Below are positions 18,210-18,351 of a stretch of 18,351 nucleotides of DNA, one piece after another. The stretch is taken from positions 1 through 18,351 of the forward strand of contig JBDRBK010000212.1 in assembly GCA_043822705.1 (NCBI GenBank). Reading direction: 5' to 3'. This DNA is from Fidelibacterota bacterium (lineage in GTDB: Bacteria; Fidelibacterota; Marinisomatia; Marinisomatales; TCS56). Position 1 is the first letter of the stretch. Each line of letters begins with the position of its first letter. A model generated the notes under the pieces. It was not told the DNA's origin, did not search any database, and saw only the letters and a program-made list of their open reading frames with translations. The position numbers and the translations under genes are program-made.

Positions 18210-18318
18210 TATTCATCTTTCCTCGACTCATGTCGAGGTAGGAATTGGCACCTTCCCCTTTTCAGGGTGGTTGCCAGGGCGTCTACGGGCCTAATCCCTC
18301 AACCCTTCTGGATGAAAT
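18210..18318 (-). promoter_or_regulatory. SAM-I (S-box) riboswitch aptamer
   Basis: Minus strand reads TTCATCCAGAAGGGTTGAGGGATTAGGCCCGTAGACGCCCTGGCAACC...AAGGTGCCAATTCC...CCTCGACATGAGTCGAGG-AAAGATGAA. This gives P1 TTCATC/GATGAA, the conserved ATC.AGA, GAGGGA..GGCCC, GCAACC and GGTGC.AATTCC elements, and a P4 hairpin. It sits upstream of metY-metX. Confidence 0.95.
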
Positions 18319-18351
18319 GCGAAATGGTGTAAAAAAGCTTTATGAGCTGTT

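Overview
Ordinary-looking bacterial chromosomal window, almost all on the minus strand. A FCB-group origin such as Ca. Marinimicrobia is a weak inference from the TPR lipoprotein and riboswitch style. Read in transcription order from the right end: a SAM-I riboswitch and terminator lead into metY-metX; then a divergent cluster of uncharacterised exported proteins, including a probable outer-membrane beta-barrel, runs into a lipoprotein M3 oligopeptidase; then a small acidic hypothetical protein divergent from a cold-shock-domain gene; then a tightly coupled three-gene cassette (CoA-transferase/hydrolase-GNAT fusion, fused ADP-forming acyl-CoA synthetase, BioD-like/DRTGG protein) closed by a terminator; then YkvA/DUF1232, a stand-alone plsX, a TPR lipoprotein, pyrK-pyrD and the 5' part of an RlpA-family lipoprotein. 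I found no mobile element, CRISPR array, tRNA or rRNA. The most interesting items are the acyl-CoA/GNAT/DRTGG cassette, the unusual long-range pairings in the SAM riboswitch leader, the exported-protein cluster, and a recurrent TAAATT box just upstream of starts that lack a Shine-Dalgarno (SD) sequence.
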